The notes below the pieces were generated by a model. It made no database searches. It was given only the letters and a program-made list of their open reading frames with translations, and was not told the DNA's origin. Shown here one piece after another: positions 1 through 7,957 of a DNA stretch of 51,725 nucleotides; position 1 is the first letter of the stretch; each line of letters opens with the position of its first letter. The translations under genes and the position numbers were made by a program. The stretch comes from a virus, in IMG/VR virus record IMGVR_UViG_2744054425_000001, positions 1 through 51,725 of that record; one strand, given 5' to 3'.

Positions 1-95
1 AAACCCCATTTAAAAAACTCTTTAAAGCCTAATAAATAGGGGGTTTTCGTTGTAGCGAGAGGGGGGCACGATCCCCCGACCTCCGGGTTATGAAT
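1..95. repeat. Left copy of a perfect 95-bp direct terminal repeat; candidate att core or circular-assembly overlap. The minus strand of 53..95 is the 3' half of a tRNA with anticodon CAT
   Basis: Bases 1..95 match 51631..51725 at every position. The reverse complement of 95->53 reads ATTCATAA-CCCGG-AGGTC-GGGGG-ATCGTGC-CCCCC-TCTCGCT-A. That parses as anticodon loop with CAT, anticodon stem 3' arm, variable loop, T-arm, acceptor 3' arm and discriminator. The T-loop ATCGTGC is non-canonical. Confidence 0.85.
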
Positions 96-175
96 TTAAC
101 GACAACAAAAAATACTCCCTATTTACAAGGGTTGCGGGATGGTAAAACCCGCGGTTAGTGGTACGTTTAGTGGTA

Positions 176-496
176 TTATTTTAATTTTTTCACATGATCC
201 ATGGCGGACGTTTTCCCAAAATCCGCAAACAAAACGGTTTGTGTGGATTTGTCCGCAACCATAGAAACGTTGGCCGTGGGCAAGTATATAACCCAATATT
301 GGTTGTTGGTACCGTCCAGGGTTTCAGGGCGCCCCCATTCCGCCCATTTTTCAAACGGGGTAGGATTGCCCACCATGGACTCTAAATTGGCGGACGTAAT
401 GTTTAACGGATCCATGTTTGGTTGTTTTTCACCTTTGCAAGATAGGCACATTAATAAAACGATAAAAAAAGACAGTTGCAAAAATTTAGTGCACAT
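176..496 (-). CDS. Small lipoprotein (106 aa), att-proximal moron; function unknown
   Basis: The N-terminus MCTKFLQLSFFIVLLMCLSCKGEK has a hydrophobic core followed by lipobox-like LSC. It is one of only three convincingly coding minus-strand genes (a fourth, low-confidence plus-strand ORF at 618..788 lies beside it). It sits between att and the repressor. An AT-rich upstream region lies at 497..580. Confidence 0.7.
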   Translation of the reverse strand: MCTKFLQLSFFIVLLMCLSCKGEKQPNMDPLNITSANLESMVGNPTPFEKWAEWGRPETLDGTNNQYWVIYLPTANVSMVADKSTQTVLFADFGKTSAMDHVKKLK

Positions 497-617
497 GATG
501 AGTGTTTAAAAAAAATGAATATTCGTTGAAATTGATTGTATATTCGATAAAAAAATGCGCATATCATTATTGATTTAATTATTTTTGAGAAACCAAAACA
601 AACCAAATCATATATTA

Positions 618-788
618 ATGCATAGATTGACCCAGGTAATTGACAGGCATAAAACCGCCAATGCCACCGACCCCCAAGAATTGGAATTTATTAAAAAGAT
701 GAATAAATACAACAAAAAAAAGGATCAAGAAATTACAGAAATTTTATTGAAATACGAATTGTTGAAAATGGATTTTAACCATTCGTAA
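618..788 (+). CDS. Hypothetical small protein (56 aa)
   Basis: First ATG within track ORF 585..788 (the track start is TTG). It converges on and overlaps the repressor 3' end by 14 nt. No recognisable motif. Confidence 0.3.
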   Translation: MHRLTQVIDRHKTANATDPQELEFIKKMNKYNKKKDQEITEILLKYELLKMDFNHS

Positions 789-1209
789 TACGATCAACTT
801 TATTTTTAAGTTGTTCAAGTTCCTTTTTAATATCTTCCAAGGCAATATCTTTGGCAAAACTTTTTAATAGTTCCTTAAAAGATTCTTTTTGCAAAACCAT
901 TTCCCGGTTTTCGTGCAAATAATCCATTACGTCCAACAACGTTAAATCCGTTGGTTTTCCCGCCGGTTGTTCCCGTGCGTGGGTTTCCATAATGTGCGCG
1001 AACAATTTTTGTTTGGATTCCGGTATGGCGTGGCCGCCTTCATAATTCTGAATGGTCCTAAACGATACACCTACTTTTTCGGCCAATGTAGGTTGGGACC
1101 AACCCAATTTTTCCCTAAAAATTTTAATGTCGTAACCGCTGATTTTCAAAACTTTAAATTTTTTAACACAAAAAATGTGCTTTTTAATGCACAAAAATTG
1201 TGTGTACAT
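775..1209 (-). CDS. XRE/CI-like helix-turn-helix repressor
   Basis: The motif IKIFREKLGWSQPTLAEKVGVSFRTIQNYEGG is a classic HTH_3/XRE signature. It is transcribed divergently from the early operon. The first 20 codons overlap the operator repeats, so an alternative TTG start at 1149 is plausible. Confidence 0.85.
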   Translation of the reverse strand: MYTQFLCIKKHIFCVKKFKVLKISGYDIKIFREKLGWSQPTLAEKVGVSFRTIQNYEGGHAIPESKQKLFAHIMETHAREQPAGKPTDLTLLDVMDYLHENREMVLQKESFKELLKSFAKDIALEDIKKELEQLKNKVDRITNG

Positions 1210-1221
1210 GAAAAATTTGTG
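1167..1221. promoter_or_regulatory. Three operator-like palindromes in the divergent repressor/early-gene region
   Basis: CACAAAAAATGTG (1167..1179), CACAAAAATTGTG (1190..1202) and CATGAAAAATTTGTG (1207..1221). All are CAYR-A/T run-TGTG inverted repeats. Confidence 0.6.
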
Positions 1222-1317
1222 TTATTATTGTCGTGTGATAATAATATACTATTAAATATAGGGATTATTTCACAATTGTTATTGAAAAGTTAAAATAATT
1301 CGTTGAAATACATTTTT

Positions 1318-1497
1318 ATGAGTTCAAAACCCACAAAAACAGGGCTTTATATTGAGCCAATTAAAACCAAGCACGGCACAATTTTTATACAAGTGCAAAC
1401 AGAACGCGAAAAAATGCGCGCCAAAACGTCGGTTTTTAACGACGACTTTCAACAAAGATTTAACGCATTTATTAATAAAATATTGCAGAATGTTTAA
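1318..1497 (+). CDS. Hypothetical early protein (59 aa), first gene of the rightward early operon
   Basis: First ATG within track ORF 1303..1497. It occupies the Cro-equivalent position, but no clear HTH is visible. Confidence 0.45.
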   Translation: MSSKPTKTGLYIEPIKTKHGTIFIQVQTEREKMRAKTSVFNDDFQQRFNAFINKILQNV

Positions 1498-1765
1498 AGA
1501 ACAGCACATGGGGCAATTGTTGGACGAAAAAATTTCGTCCTACTTAAAAGAGTACGTAACAACAAAAGACATTGTAAAAACGTGCAAGGAATTAAAAGCA
1601 TCATACCATACCATCCGGTTTGTGGTGAACCGCACCAATCCGTTAAGCGAAAAGACCGCCCCCATAATTGAAAAATTAATGTTTGTGGCCGTGGACAATT
1701 GCGGGAACATCATTAAAAAGGCCAACGAGCAAAAACGCAAATTTTCTAAAATGATAAACGTATGA
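1490..1765 (+). CDS. Hypothetical early protein (91 aa), possible HTH
   Basis: ATG at 1490 inside track ORF 1352..1765, overlapping the previous stop. The segment DIVKTCKELKASYHTIRFVVNR looks HTH-like. Confidence 0.5.
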   Translation: MFKEQHMGQLLDEKISSYLKEYVTTKDIVKTCKELKASYHTIRFVVNRTNPLSEKTAPIIEKLMFVAVDNCGNIIKKANEQKRKFSKMINV

Positions 1766-1992
1766 GTTTTTTAAACAAAATTTTTCCGGTACAGAGCCGC
1801 GAAGCGGAAATGGAAGAAACCGCGCAAAAGTGTGTTAACGCAATTATTGATAGTGTTAACGAATACACCCCCAAGGAACAAAAAATGATCGTGGACGAAG
1901 TAAACGAAAGGTTTACCAAGATTATGGAGAAAAAAGCCAGCGCGGTGGAAGATGAATTGTACGAATACAAAGAAGTGTTGGGACTTGTTTAA
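1762..1992 (+). CDS. Hypothetical protein (76 aa)
   Basis: ATGA start/stop overlap with the upstream gene, consistent with translational coupling. Acidic and helical. Confidence 0.55.
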   Translation: MSFLNKIFPVQSREAEMEETAQKCVNAIIDSVNEYTPKEQKMIVDEVNERFTKIMEKKASAVEDELYEYKEVLGLV

Positions 1993-1995
1993 ACC

Positions 1996-2175
1996 ATGGA
2001 CGCAAACACCGCATTAGCAATATTAAAGCCGTTGAATTTATCCCAAAAGGATAAACGGGAATTGTGCGCGTTGTTGGCGGGTAACAGGATAAAAGAAACC
2101 AAAAATAAAAAAGTATTGACCGTGGCCCAGGCAAAGGCAGATTTTAAGGCTAGGTTAAAAAACATGGTTGGTTGA
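1996..2175 (+). CDS. Hypothetical protein (59 aa, below the track cutoff)
   Basis: Hand translation gives MDANTALAILKPLNLSQKDKRELCALLAGNRIKETKNKKVLTVAQAKADFKARLKNMVG. It starts 4 nt after the previous stop and ends just before a strong terminator. Confidence 0.45.
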   Translation: MDANTALAILKPLNLSQKDKRELCALLAGNRIKETKNKKVLTVAQAKADFKARLKNMVG

Positions 2176-2182
2176 TTGTTTC

Positions 2183-2228
2183 GGGGGCGGTAGGTTGTGA
2201 GGTATTAATACCGCCCCCGTTTTTTTTA
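2183..2228 (+). terminator. Rho-independent terminator
   Basis: GGGGGCGGTA (2183..2192) pairs with TACCGCCCCC (2209..2218) and is followed by a T8 run. Confidence 0.8.
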
Positions 2229-2349
2229 AGCATTGGAAACACTAAAATTTTTGAAATATGGAATTAATGAACATTTACCAATTAAACATTGCTATCCAGG
2301 AATGTAACGCCGTAATGGTGTTTAATAACCATTTAATATTTATGAACTA

Positions 2350-2505
2350 ATGAGAACGCGCAAAAAGTTTTTGGAGCGCGCAAAAAATGTGTTGATCAAA
2401 TACATTTTAACGCCATTGGTAATTGCTGCCATTATATTGGAGTTTGGCGCATTGGTGTACGTGGTATTGTTTCCCCATGCCACGGACAGGTTAACGAATT
2501 TTTAA
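2350..2505 (+). CDS. Small membrane protein (51 aa, below the track cutoff)
   Basis: Hand translation gives MRTRKKFLERAKNVLIKYILTPLVIAAIILEFGALVYVVLFPHATDRLTNF, with one clear TM helix. Confidence 0.35.
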   Translation: MRTRKKFLERAKNVLIKYILTPLVIAAIILEFGALVYVVLFPHATDRLTNF

Positions 2506-2534
2506 AAACAAGTATTAATTAAATTTTTATTGAA

Positions 2535-2723
2535 ATGGAAAAACCAAAAGTGGGATTAACAACGGAATACGGCGTAAACATAGACCGGAACGTGGAAAAT
2601 GGATCCACCAAATTGTTTAACAATGAAATGCAAGCGTTAACACATGCCGTACAAAACCGGCGGTACCATTACCCGGTATTTTGTAACGGTAAAACCACGG
2701 GGCAATATGCCGTACCTAATTAA
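2535..2723 (+). CDS. Hypothetical protein (62 aa)
   Basis: Track ORF with an ATG start preceded by an A/T-rich leader. No motif recognised. Confidence 0.4.
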   Translation: MEKPKVGLTTEYGVNIDRNVENGSTKLFNNEMQALTHAVQNRRYHYPVFCNGKTTGQYAVPN

Positions 2724-2856
2724 CGCCATGGCAGGGGTGGCCATACTATGTTTTTTAATAGCGGTTTACATCATTGCCAAAGGTGAAATTATCAACAAAA
2801 AAGCCAAAAACATTAATGATAAATGGAAAAAAACCCACCAGGGCGGCGGGTTTTAA
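2707..2856 (+). CDS. Small membrane protein (49 aa)
   Basis: Internal ATG of track ORF 2644..2856. The sequence MPYLINAMAGVAILCFLIAVYIIAKGE contains one TM helix. Confidence 0.35.
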   Translation: MPYLINAMAGVAILCFLIAVYIIAKGEIINKKAKNINDKWKKTHQGGGF

Positions 2857-2902
2857 AGTCTAATTAGTGTTGAATTAATAAAACTTTTAGAGGATCAAAT
2901 AT

Positions 2903-4912
2903 ATGAAAAATAACGTTTGCATTTTAAAAATGTCCCTTAAAAACTTCAAAGGGATAAAGGATTTAGAAATAGATTTTAACCAAAACACCAACATTTACGG
3001 GGACAACGGCACCGGGAAAACTTCAATTTTCGACGCGTTCACCTGGTTATTGTTCGGCAAGGATTCCACCGGACGTTCCAATTTTGAGGTAAAGACATTG
3101 GACGCCAACAACGTGGTAATACCAAAAATAGAACATGAAGTGTGCGCGGTGTTATCCATGGGTGCCAATGATGGTACCACCCCGGAAGAATGGGAATTTA
3201 AACGCGTATTGCGGGAAAAATGGGTAAAAAAGAAGGGCAGCGAAACCGCGGAATTTACAGGCAACGAAACCCAATTTTTTTGGAACAAAGTTCCGTTGAC
3301 GTCCGCGGAATACGATAAAAAAGTTAACATGGTAATGGACGAAACCGTGTTTAAACTATTAACCAACCCGTTGGCGTTTAATGATCTTAATTGGAAGGAA
3401 CGCCGCAACATTTTGGTGTTGTTGGCCGGGGCGGTAGATAACGACGACGTTTTAAAAGCGTTGGACCATTCCCAGGAATTGACCAAACCACAGGTGGACG
3501 ACCTAATACATTTAATCAATGGCAAATTGTCGTTGGAAGAACAGCGCAAACAGACCGCCGCGCAAAAAAAACAGTACCGGGACGAATTAAAGGCCATACC
3601 CACCCGCATAGACGAAGCCAAACGCAACGTGCCACAAACATTGGATTTTGAAGCTATACAAAAGGATTTGGAAGTATGGGAAAAGGGTTTGGAAAAGTTG
3701 GACGGCCAAATTAACGACAAATCCAAGGCCATGGAAGCGGTATTGGAGCAACGCGCCGAACTGCAAAAAGAGATGTACGCCATACAATCCAAAATTGATT
3801 TGCGCGGCGATATAATAACCAAAAGAATTAAGAACGACAACCGCGTGGACACGTCCGAGGTGGACGCGTTAAAACAGGATTTGGCCAAAACGGAAAATTT
3901 GGCCGGCCAATATGCTGCAAACATTAGGGACGCCAAGGAACAAAAAGACCAATTGGAAAACCAAATGGCCGAATTGCGCACAAAATTTGAGGAATTGAAC
4001 GCGTCCCAAATTGCGTTTGATCCCAACGCGGAAAAATGCCCAACGTGCCACCGCGGGTACGATCCGCAAAAGATACAGGAAGAACGCGCCGCCGCGGAAA
4101 AAAGGTTTAACGACAACAAAAAAGCGGAATTACAAAGAATTAGGACCGCCGGACAGATCAAAAAAGCGGATTGCGAAAAGTTGACCGCCCAAATATTGGA
4201 ATGGGGACCAAAACACGATGAATTAAAAGAAAATGCCGCGGAACTACAAAAACAGATTACGGCATTAGGGAAAACCGACGCGGCGCCGGTGGACGTTCCA
4301 AAACTAATTGCGGAAACATTGGCAGCGGATCCGGAGTTGATCAAATTAAAAAAGGAAAAACAGGAATTGGAAGCCCAATTGGAGTTCGTACCCACCGTGG
4401 ACAATTCCGAGTTGGTAAACCTTAAAAAACAGACCATTGGCAATATTGATATATGCAAAACCAAATTGGCGGTAAAAACCCAAATAGACAAGGCCAACGC
4501 AAGGGTGGACGAACTATTGGCCCAGGAAAAACAATTGGCCCAGGATCTTAGCAATTTGGAACGGTCGGAATTTGCATTGGAAAAATTCATTAAGACCAAA
4601 ATCACCATGTTGGAAAACCGCATTAACCAAAAGTTTACCCATGTTAATTTCCGGTTGTTTCAAACCCAAATAAACGGTGGGGAGGTGGAAACGTGCGACA
4701 CCTTAATTAATGGCGTGCCATTTTCGGACGCCAACAACGCCGCCAAGATTAACGCCGGTTTGGACATCATAAACACATTGTGCGACCATTACGGGACCAC
4801 CGCGCCCATTTTTGTGGACAATAAAGAATCCATTACAAAATTAATTCCGGTACAATCCCAGGTGGTGGCATTGATCGTAAGCGAAAACGATAAAACATTG
4901 AGAATCCAATAA
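2903..4912 (+). CDS. SbcC/Rad50-like SMC-family ATPase with long coiled coil and CxxC hook
   Basis: Walker A motif GDNGTGKTS follows an LKNFKG strand. A ~450-aa coiled coil rich in E/K/Q/L is interrupted by CPTCHRGY. The C-terminal APIFVDNKES resembles a Walker B/D-loop. Confidence 0.8.
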   Translation: MKNNVCILKMSLKNFKGIKDLEIDFNQNTNIYGDNGTGKTSIFDAFTWLLFGKDSTGRSNFEVKTLDANNVVIPKIEHEVCAVLSMGANDGTTPEEWEFKRVLREKWVKKKGSETAEFTGNETQFFWNKVPLTSAEYDKKVNMVMDETVFKLLTNPLAFNDLNWKERRNILVLLAGAVDNDDVLKALDHSQELTKPQVDDLIHLINGKLSLEEQRKQTAAQKKQYRDELKAIPTRIDEAKRNVPQTLDFEAIQKDLEVWEKGLEKLDGQINDKSKAMEAVLEQRAELQKEMYAIQSKIDLRGDIITKRIKNDNRVDTSEVDALKQDLAKTENLAGQYAANIRDAKEQKDQLENQMAELRTKFEELNASQIAFDPNAEKCPTCHRGYDPQKIQEERAAAEKRFNDNKKAELQRIRTAGQIKKADCEKLTAQILEWGPKHDELKENAAELQKQITALGKTDAAPVDVPKLIAETLAADPELIKLKKEKQELEAQLEFVPTVDNSELVNLKKQTIGNIDICKTKLAVKTQIDKANARVDELLAQEKQLAQDLSNLERSEFALEKFIKTKITMLENRINQKFTHVNFRLFQTQINGGEVETCDTLINGVPFSDANNAAKINAGLDIINTLCDHYGTTAPIFVDNKESITKLIPVQSQVVALIVSENDKTLRIQ

Positions 4913-4925
4913 CACTATAAAAACA

Positions 4926-5831
4926 ATGAGCACAGAGAGCACAACGGCCGTAACGGCCAAACAATTTACAGACAACACCGTGGAATATGTGTTGTCCAGG
5001 ATTTCCAAACAAAGCAAGGACAATTTAATGTTGCCCACAAATTACAGTCCGGAAAACGCGGTGCGCGCCGCATTGTTGATTTTACAGGACGTAACCAACG
5101 ACAGCGGCCAACCCGCGTTGGAGGTGTGCACCAAAGAAAGTGTGGGCATTGCATTATATGATATGGTTTTGCAAGGGTTAAACCCCTCCAAAAAACAATG
5201 TTATTTTAAGATTGAGGGCAACCGGTTGGTTGTTGCCAAAAGTTATTTTGGCAACATAATGTCCGCCAAACGGGACGCCGGGTTGTTGAACGTCCGCGCC
5301 GTAACGGTGTATGAAAAAGATGTTTTTGAATACGGCATAAACACAGAAACCGGCCAAAAATTCATTGTAAAGCACGAACAAAAATTGGCAAATATAGACA
5401 TGGCCAAAATTGTGGGGGCGTATGCCGTGGCCCAATACAAAGACCGTGTGGAAGTGGACATAATGTCGAAGCCGGAAATATTAACGTCCTGGTTTGAAGG
5501 CCCCAACAAGGGCGACACCGTGGCACATAGAAAATTTCCGCACCAAATGGGGGAAAGGACCGTAATAAACAGGTTGTTGAAAATAGAGAACAACAGCAGC
5601 AACGACGCGGACATGTTCGACAATGACAATGTGTTTATCCACGAAGAAGGCCAACCACAGGTGGACGAAAAGGTTAACCAGGAAATAAAGGAAAACGCCA
5701 ATAAACAGGTGTTGACCATGGACGTGGAACACGAAGAAATTAAACCGGAGCCATTGCCCGCCCAGGACCAGGAGCAACCCCAGGAAACGACGGGCAAAAA
5801 AGAGAACGACCCAAACGACCCAGGATTTTAA
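4926..5831 (+). CDS. recT: RecT-family single-strand annealing protein
   Basis: KSYFGNIMSAKRDAG, VRAVTVYEKDVFEY, VGAYAVAQYKD and HQMGERTVINRLLK fit the RecT core pattern. The C-terminal tail is acidic and Pro/Gln-rich. Confidence 0.7.
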   Translation: MSTESTTAVTAKQFTDNTVEYVLSRISKQSKDNLMLPTNYSPENAVRAALLILQDVTNDSGQPALEVCTKESVGIALYDMVLQGLNPSKKQCYFKIEGNRLVVAKSYFGNIMSAKRDAGLLNVRAVTVYEKDVFEYGINTETGQKFIVKHEQKLANIDMAKIVGAYAVAQYKDRVEVDIMSKPEILTSWFEGPNKGDTVAHRKFPHQMGERTVINRLLKIENNSSNDADMFDNDNVFIHEEGQPQVDEKVNQEIKENANKQVLTMDVEHEEIKPEPLPAQDQEQPQETTGKKENDPNDPGF

Positions 5832-5834
5832 GCC

Positions 5835-6560
5835 ATGAAATTAAAAGTTTTTGGAACGGGCAGTAAAGGGAACGGGTACGCATTAAAGGCGGACAACGGG
5901 GACACGTTGTTGTTGGAATGTGGTATGCCGTTTAGATTGGCACAAAGTTATTTGGACTTTAAATTGGAGGGGATCCAGGGTTGTTTAATTACGCATAGCC
6001 ACGGGGACCACGCCAAGCACGCACAACAGTATTTGGACATGGGGGTGCGGTTGTACATGGGGGACAAAACCATGGCGGAATTAAAATTGGACATGCACAA
6101 CGCCGAAATATTGCCCACCATGATTACCAAGCAAATAGGAAGTTTTAAAATAATGGCATTTCCTGTTAAACATGATGTGGATTGCATGGGGTTTTTGATC
6201 CAACACCCGGAATGTGGTTTAACATTGTTTATGACGGATACATTTTATTGTCCGTTCCAATTTCCTGGTTTGAATAACATAATTGTGGAGGCCAATTACT
6301 CCAAACATCTGATCGATGAAAGAAGCGGAAACAAATTTGTACGGGACCGCGTGGTGCAAAGCCATTTTAGTTTGGAAAACTGCAAAGAATTTTTGGCCAT
6401 AAACGATTTGTCCCAGGTAAACAACATTGTATTGATCCATTTAAGCGACACCAACAGCGACGAAATAATGTTTATGGACGAAGTGTACCAACAGACCCAT
6501 AAAAATGTAATGTGCGCGTACAATGGTTTGGACATGGAGTTGAACAAAGATCCGTTTTGA
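5835..6560 (+). CDS. Metallo-beta-lactamase-fold hydrolase, putative recombination exonuclease
   Basis: Contains the HSHGDH (HxHxDH) motif. It lies immediately downstream of recT. Confidence 0.75.
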   Translation: MKLKVFGTGSKGNGYALKADNGDTLLLECGMPFRLAQSYLDFKLEGIQGCLITHSHGDHAKHAQQYLDMGVRLYMGDKTMAELKLDMHNAEILPTMITKQIGSFKIMAFPVKHDVDCMGFLIQHPECGLTLFMTDTFYCPFQFPGLNNIIVEANYSKHLIDERSGNKFVRDRVVQSHFSLENCKEFLAINDLSQVNNIVLIHLSDTNSDEIMFMDEVYQQTHKNVMCAYNGLDMELNKDPF

Positions 6561-6562
6561 CC

Positions 6563-6679
6563 ATGCACGAATTTTTAAAATATGTGGACGCGTTTGTGGT
6601 GGAACACCCCATAATTACAATAATAATTTTTGTGGTGGTGTGGTTGGCCGGCAAGATCGGGAAAAACATAAAAGAATGA
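6563..6679 (+). CDS. Very small membrane protein (38 aa)
   Basis: Hand translation gives MHEFLKYVDAFVVEHPIITIIIFVVVWLAGKIGKNIKE. ATGA overlap with the next gene. Confidence 0.3.
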   Translation: MHEFLKYVDAFVVEHPIITIIIFVVVWLAGKIGKNIKE

Positions 6680-7113
6680 TTTACGACAGCAAAGTGGAAT
6701 TGGACGTGGCCATGGCAACCCAACGGTTTAAATGGTTGATAAAGTCCGGAAAACGTTTTGAATTGACCGAAAAAAAGGCCAAACGATCATTGAGCCAAAA
6801 CAGCTATTTGCATTTGTTGTTCGGGTGGTTCGGCCTTCAATTCGGGTACACCAGGGAAGAAACCAAACAACGCATTTTTAAAGAGGTGGTAAACCCGGAA
6901 ATATTTTACGAAGGGGACAAAGACGGGATTGTAAAAATAGAACGTTGGCGGAGTACTGCAGATTTAAAAACGGACGAAATGGCGTTGGCCATTGATAGGT
7001 TTAGAAATTTTAGTGCGGAACACGGGGTGTATTTGCCGGAACCCAAAGACCTGGTAATTATTCAACAGATTGAAAACGAATTAAGCAAAAACGCAAGTAA
7101 AGAACATTTGTAA
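6676..7113 (+). CDS. ninB: NinB/Orf-like recombination mediator
   Basis: RSLSQNSYLHLLFGWFG resembles the lambda NinB RSLDQNRKLWACLGDV motif. Size is 145 aa. The start is refined to the ATG at 6676. Confidence 0.55.
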   Translation: MIYDSKVELDVAMATQRFKWLIKSGKRFELTEKKAKRSLSQNSYLHLLFGWFGLQFGYTREETKQRIFKEVVNPEIFYEGDKDGIVKIERWRSTADLKTDEMALAIDRFRNFSAEHGVYLPEPKDLVIIQQIENELSKNASKEHL

Positions 7114-7114
7114 A

Positions 7115-7528
7115 ATGGAAAAAATAAGCAAAAATACAGGGGTGCAAACCACATTGGATTTGTTGTTTGCAGATTTTGAACCAAGTAAAAACCAACAATT
7201 TTTAAAACATCACAAGGCCAACCCGGAAGTGTACGAAGTTTTTAAACAATTGGCATTGGACACCATTAAAAAAGGGTTTAAAAAGTTTTCCGCCCGCGCA
7301 TTGTTCCAGGTAATGCGGTGGATGAACGGCCCCAATTTGGACAAAATGCAAGCGTCCAACATATCGCAAAAGATCCGCAGACAATTAAACAAGGCGGCCG
7401 CATTGCGCCCGTACGGGGTTTACAAGTTCAACAACAACCACACCCCGTATTACGTGCGCATGTTCGAGAGGGAATACCCGCAACACAAAGATTTTTTTGA
7501 AAAACGAAATACAAAATACAAAATTTAA
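7115..7528 (+). CDS. Conserved phage hypothetical protein (137 aa)
   Basis: Contains ANPEVYEVFKQLALDTIKKGFKKFSARALFQVMRW...NNHTPYYVRMF. This pattern is familiar from phage early regions, but its function is unknown. Confidence 0.6.
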   Translation: MEKISKNTGVQTTLDLLFADFEPSKNQQFLKHHKANPEVYEVFKQLALDTIKKGFKKFSARALFQVMRWMNGPNLDKMQASNISQKIRRQLNKAAALRPYGVYKFNNNHTPYYVRMFEREYPQHKDFFEKRNTKYKI

Positions 7529-7532
7529 AATT

Positions 7533-7784
7533 ATGCATTTAGAATTGGGGACCATTAAGAGAATGGACGACGTTTCCGAGGGGGAACACAAAAAAACGGT
7601 GGTAGAGATAACCAACGATTTGGAACGATCATTTATTGAGTTTAGAGGGCCGTTAATGGTTAAAAAATTGGATCGTTTCAAGATCGGGGACCATGTGGAA
7701 ATTACCGTGTTTAACGATGGCCAATATTCCAAAAAAGGAAACCGGTTTAACAACAAAGTGGCGCGGCAGATCATAAAAGTATGA
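7533..7784 (+). CDS. DUF3127-like OB-fold protein (possible ssDNA binding)
   Basis: The pattern LGTIKRMDDVSEGEHKKTVVEIT...FIEFRG...FKIGDHVEITVF resembles Bacteroidota DUF3127. Assignment is by eye only. Confidence 0.4.
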   Translation: MHLELGTIKRMDDVSEGEHKKTVVEITNDLERSFIEFRGPLMVKKLDRFKIGDHVEITVFNDGQYSKKGNRFNNKVARQIIKV

Positions 7785-7957
7785 TTTTTAAGAGAAACGA
7801 AATATTGATTGTGGCCGGGATAAGCGACCCAACAAAATATTTTGTTTTGCGCGAGTTCGGGAACCAACCATGGTTCCGGATCCAAAACAACCAAATTATT
7901 ACAAATTTCATTTTAACGCACGAAGAAATACAATTTATAAAACTGAATTTATTATGA
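7781..7957 (+). CDS. Hypothetical protein (58 aa, below the track cutoff)
   Basis: ATGA overlaps at both ends (7781 and 7954), which fits translational coupling. Confidence 0.35.
   Translation: MIFKRNEILIVAGISDPTKYFVLREFGNQPWFRIQNNQIITNFILTHEEIQFIKLNLL

Noticed and set aside
1-95. Interpreting the 95-bp terminal repeat as T7-like packaging direct terminal repeats
   Set aside because: The repeat contains a tRNA 3' half and the integrase start, which is typical of att. The terminase is of the lambda GpA (cos) type, with a candidate cos site at about 17.4 kb. An att core or circular overlap is more parsimonious.
2995-4623. 542-aa ORF antisense to the SMC-like ATPase gene
   Set aside because: It lies entirely within a well-supported plus-strand gene. 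Its translation is low-complexity (S/N/A/F-rich), as expected from reading a coiled-coil region rich in GAA/AAA/CAA codons backwards. It has no independent start context or motifs.
5243-5797. 184-aa minus-strand ORF within recT and other 60-110-aa antisense ORFs throughout the early region
   Set aside because: All are embedded in longer plus-strand genes with recognisable motifs. None has independent support.
7385-7894. 169-aa minus-strand ORF spanning four plus-strand early genes
   Set aside because: It crosses several translationally coupled plus-strand genes and their junctions. It shows no motif, and a minus-strand gene here would oppose the early operon.
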